From Raja brachyura (taxonomy: Eukaryota): DNA of 64,000 bases. The notes below the pieces were generated by a model. That model was given only the letters and a program-made list of their open reading frames with translations. It did not search any database and was not told the origin of the DNA. This document shows positions 62,438-64,000 of the stretch, piece by piece. The stretch lies in the NCBI GenBank assembly GCA_963514005.1, contig OY740790.1, forward strand, positions 31,868,001-31,932,000, given 5' to 3'. Numbering within the stretch: the first letter of the stretch is position 1; each line of letters starts with the position of its first letter. Made by a program: the position numbers and the translations under genes.

Positions 62438-62549
62438 ATACTCATCTGCACTCTGACGGCAATTCCATCATGTTGGTCGTCGTTGCAGTGACGTTCTCAG
62501 CAGCAGTCGTTGTTTCTGTATTCTGTTTACGGCAGTCCGTGAGGACCAG
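62438..62549 (+). CDS. IL12RB2: IL12RB2-like transmembrane exon
   Basis: DTHLHSDGNSIMLVVVAVTFSAAVVVSVFCLRQSVRTR: 21-aa hydrophobic run then basic residues. CTCAG acceptor, AG|GTAAT donor; phase 1-2. Confidence 0.82.
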
Positions 62550-62574
62550 GTAATACATCTGAACGAGTGGTCTA

Positions 62575-63151
62575 CATAGAGCAGTACAACAAAGAAATGG
62601 GCCCTTTGGCCCATAATGTCTGTACCAAATATGATGCCATGTTAAACTGATTTTATCTGCCTGTACATGATCCATATCCTTCTATTACCTGCACTTCCAT
62701 GTGCCTATCTAAAAGCTTCTTAAACTCCGCCGTCGTATCGGCCTCTGCCACCACTCCGGCAAGTCGTTCGTGGCCCCTATCTCTTTCTGTGTCAACAAAC
62801 TTGCCCCAGACATCTCCACTAAACTTTCCTCCTCACCTTATGGCACTGCCGTCTAATATTGGACATTTCCACCCTGGGAAAAACGTTCTGATTGTCTACA
62901 CTAACTTTTCCTCATAATTTTATATACTTCTATCGTCTTCCCACAACCTGACATTGCAGAGAAAACAATCCAAGTCTATCCAACCTCTCCCTGTAGCCGA
63001 ATCCCTGTAATCCCGGCAGCATTCTGCTAAGCCTCCACCGCGTACTTGTAATAGGGAGACCAGAACTGCATGCAATACTCCAAATGCAACCTAGCCAAAT
63101 TCCTATAGAGCTGCATTATGACTTCCTGATTCTGATATTCAATGCCCCTAG
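62575..63151 (-). mobile_element. CR1 3' fragment running into the gap
   Basis: RGIEYQNQEVIMQLYRNLARLHLEYCMQFWSP. Confidence 0.82.
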
Positions 63152-63427
63152 NNNNNNNNNNNNNNNNNNNNNNNNNNNNNNNNNNNNNNNNNNNNNNNNN
63201 NNNNNNNNNNNNNNNNNNNNNNNNNNNNNNNNNNNNNNNNNNNNNNNNNNNNNNNNNNNNNNNNNNNNNNNNNNNNNNNNNNNNNNNNNNNNNNNNNNNN
63301 NNNNNNNNNNNNNNNNNNNNNNNNNNNNNNNNNNNNNNNNNNNNNNNNNNNNNNNNNNNNNNNNNNNNNNNNNNNNNNNNNNNNNNNNNNNNNNNNNNNN
63401 NNNNNNNNNNNNNNNNNNNNNNNNNNN
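63152..63427. other. Assembly gap (276 N)
   Basis: Run of N. Confidence 1.
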
Positions 63428-63612
63428 AGTTTAATGGAGGTGTGCTGGGTAAGGTTTTTTTTAAACAGTGGGTAGTGGGGGACAGGAGCATACTACCAGT
63501 GGAGGTGGAGGCAGACACCCGTTCTTGTGCTGTACTCTTCTCTGTAAAATCTCTTAGTTTCATATATATGCCCTCTTTAAAGCTCGGTTGTAGCCCATTT
63601 AAGTTTCACTAA

Positions 63613-63960
63613 AGGGCCTGTCCCACTTGGGAGACCTCCACCGCGACTCTGGCAACTAAAAAAAAAATGTCGCGGTGACCTACGACCTCCTACGACTATG
63701 TTGAAGACTGGCTTCGACCATGTACGTTTTACTCGAGGATGGTCTCTGGCAAATTGTTCCGTGAATGAGCACGACCCCCTTCCACCTCAGAGGACCACAC
63801 CGAAAACCAGTGACGAGTGTCTACAGCTCAAATGATCACCTGATAAAATGATGTCATGTCTGCATTTTATTTTCTCACTAAAAAATGCCTCCCAGGTTTT
63901 TTTTTAATCATTCTGAACCATGCAAGCAAGGGAGGGACTAGTTTGGAGGATGTTAGTAAA
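63613..63960. mobile_element. Possible PIF/Harbinger-type MITE left end
   Basis: TAA|AGGGCCTGTCCCACTT start with subterminal CGACC/CGACT repeats. No partner TIR seen. Confidence 0.4.
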
Positions 63961-64000
63961 AATACAACTACTGCTTTTTGCAGTAGCCCTTTTGGTTCAG

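Noticed and set aside
41671-62549. Alternative identities IL23R, IL6ST or CSF3R
   Set aside because: Mammalian IL23R lacks membrane-proximal FN3s, and CIQKG, WSDWS..TPE and ENIK..C match recalled IL12RB2 best. Phylogeny and synteny are still needed.
63027-63612. ORFs spanning 63.1-63.4 kb
   Set aside because: Artefacts of the N gap.

Overview
Vertebrate genomic DNA, not prokaryotic; the CR1 tails and V-domain tRNA-SINEs suggest a cartilaginous fish, probably a skate or ray (inference). One host gene runs on the + strand: a tall class-I cytokine receptor best matching IL12RB2. Twelve GT-AG coding exons were rebuilt by hand in consistent phase, from the signal peptide (41671) through the Ig-like domain, the WSDWS module and the FN3 domains to the TM exon (62438-62549). 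A probable non-coding exon 1 and promoter lie near 15.4-16.0 kb, and the cytoplasmic exons lie beyond the window. The rest is mostly transposons: a DIRS 3' end, many CR1s, Penelope pieces, an internally deleted Academ, and a 16.4-kb nest in intron 1 (CR1 > Tc1 > Gypsy > intact L1, and Tc1 > HERO > CR1). Most notable: (i) three 85-130 bp TSD-flanked insertions whose 5' ends fall at a minimal hammerhead-ribozyme motif; (ii) no recognisable exon for the second half of the membrane-proximal FN3 domain; (iii) an intact L1 with an extra ORF and hairpins in its inter-ORF spacer; (iv) T-box/RUNX/NF-kB motifs at the putative promoter. All calls come from manual reading; no database searches were run.
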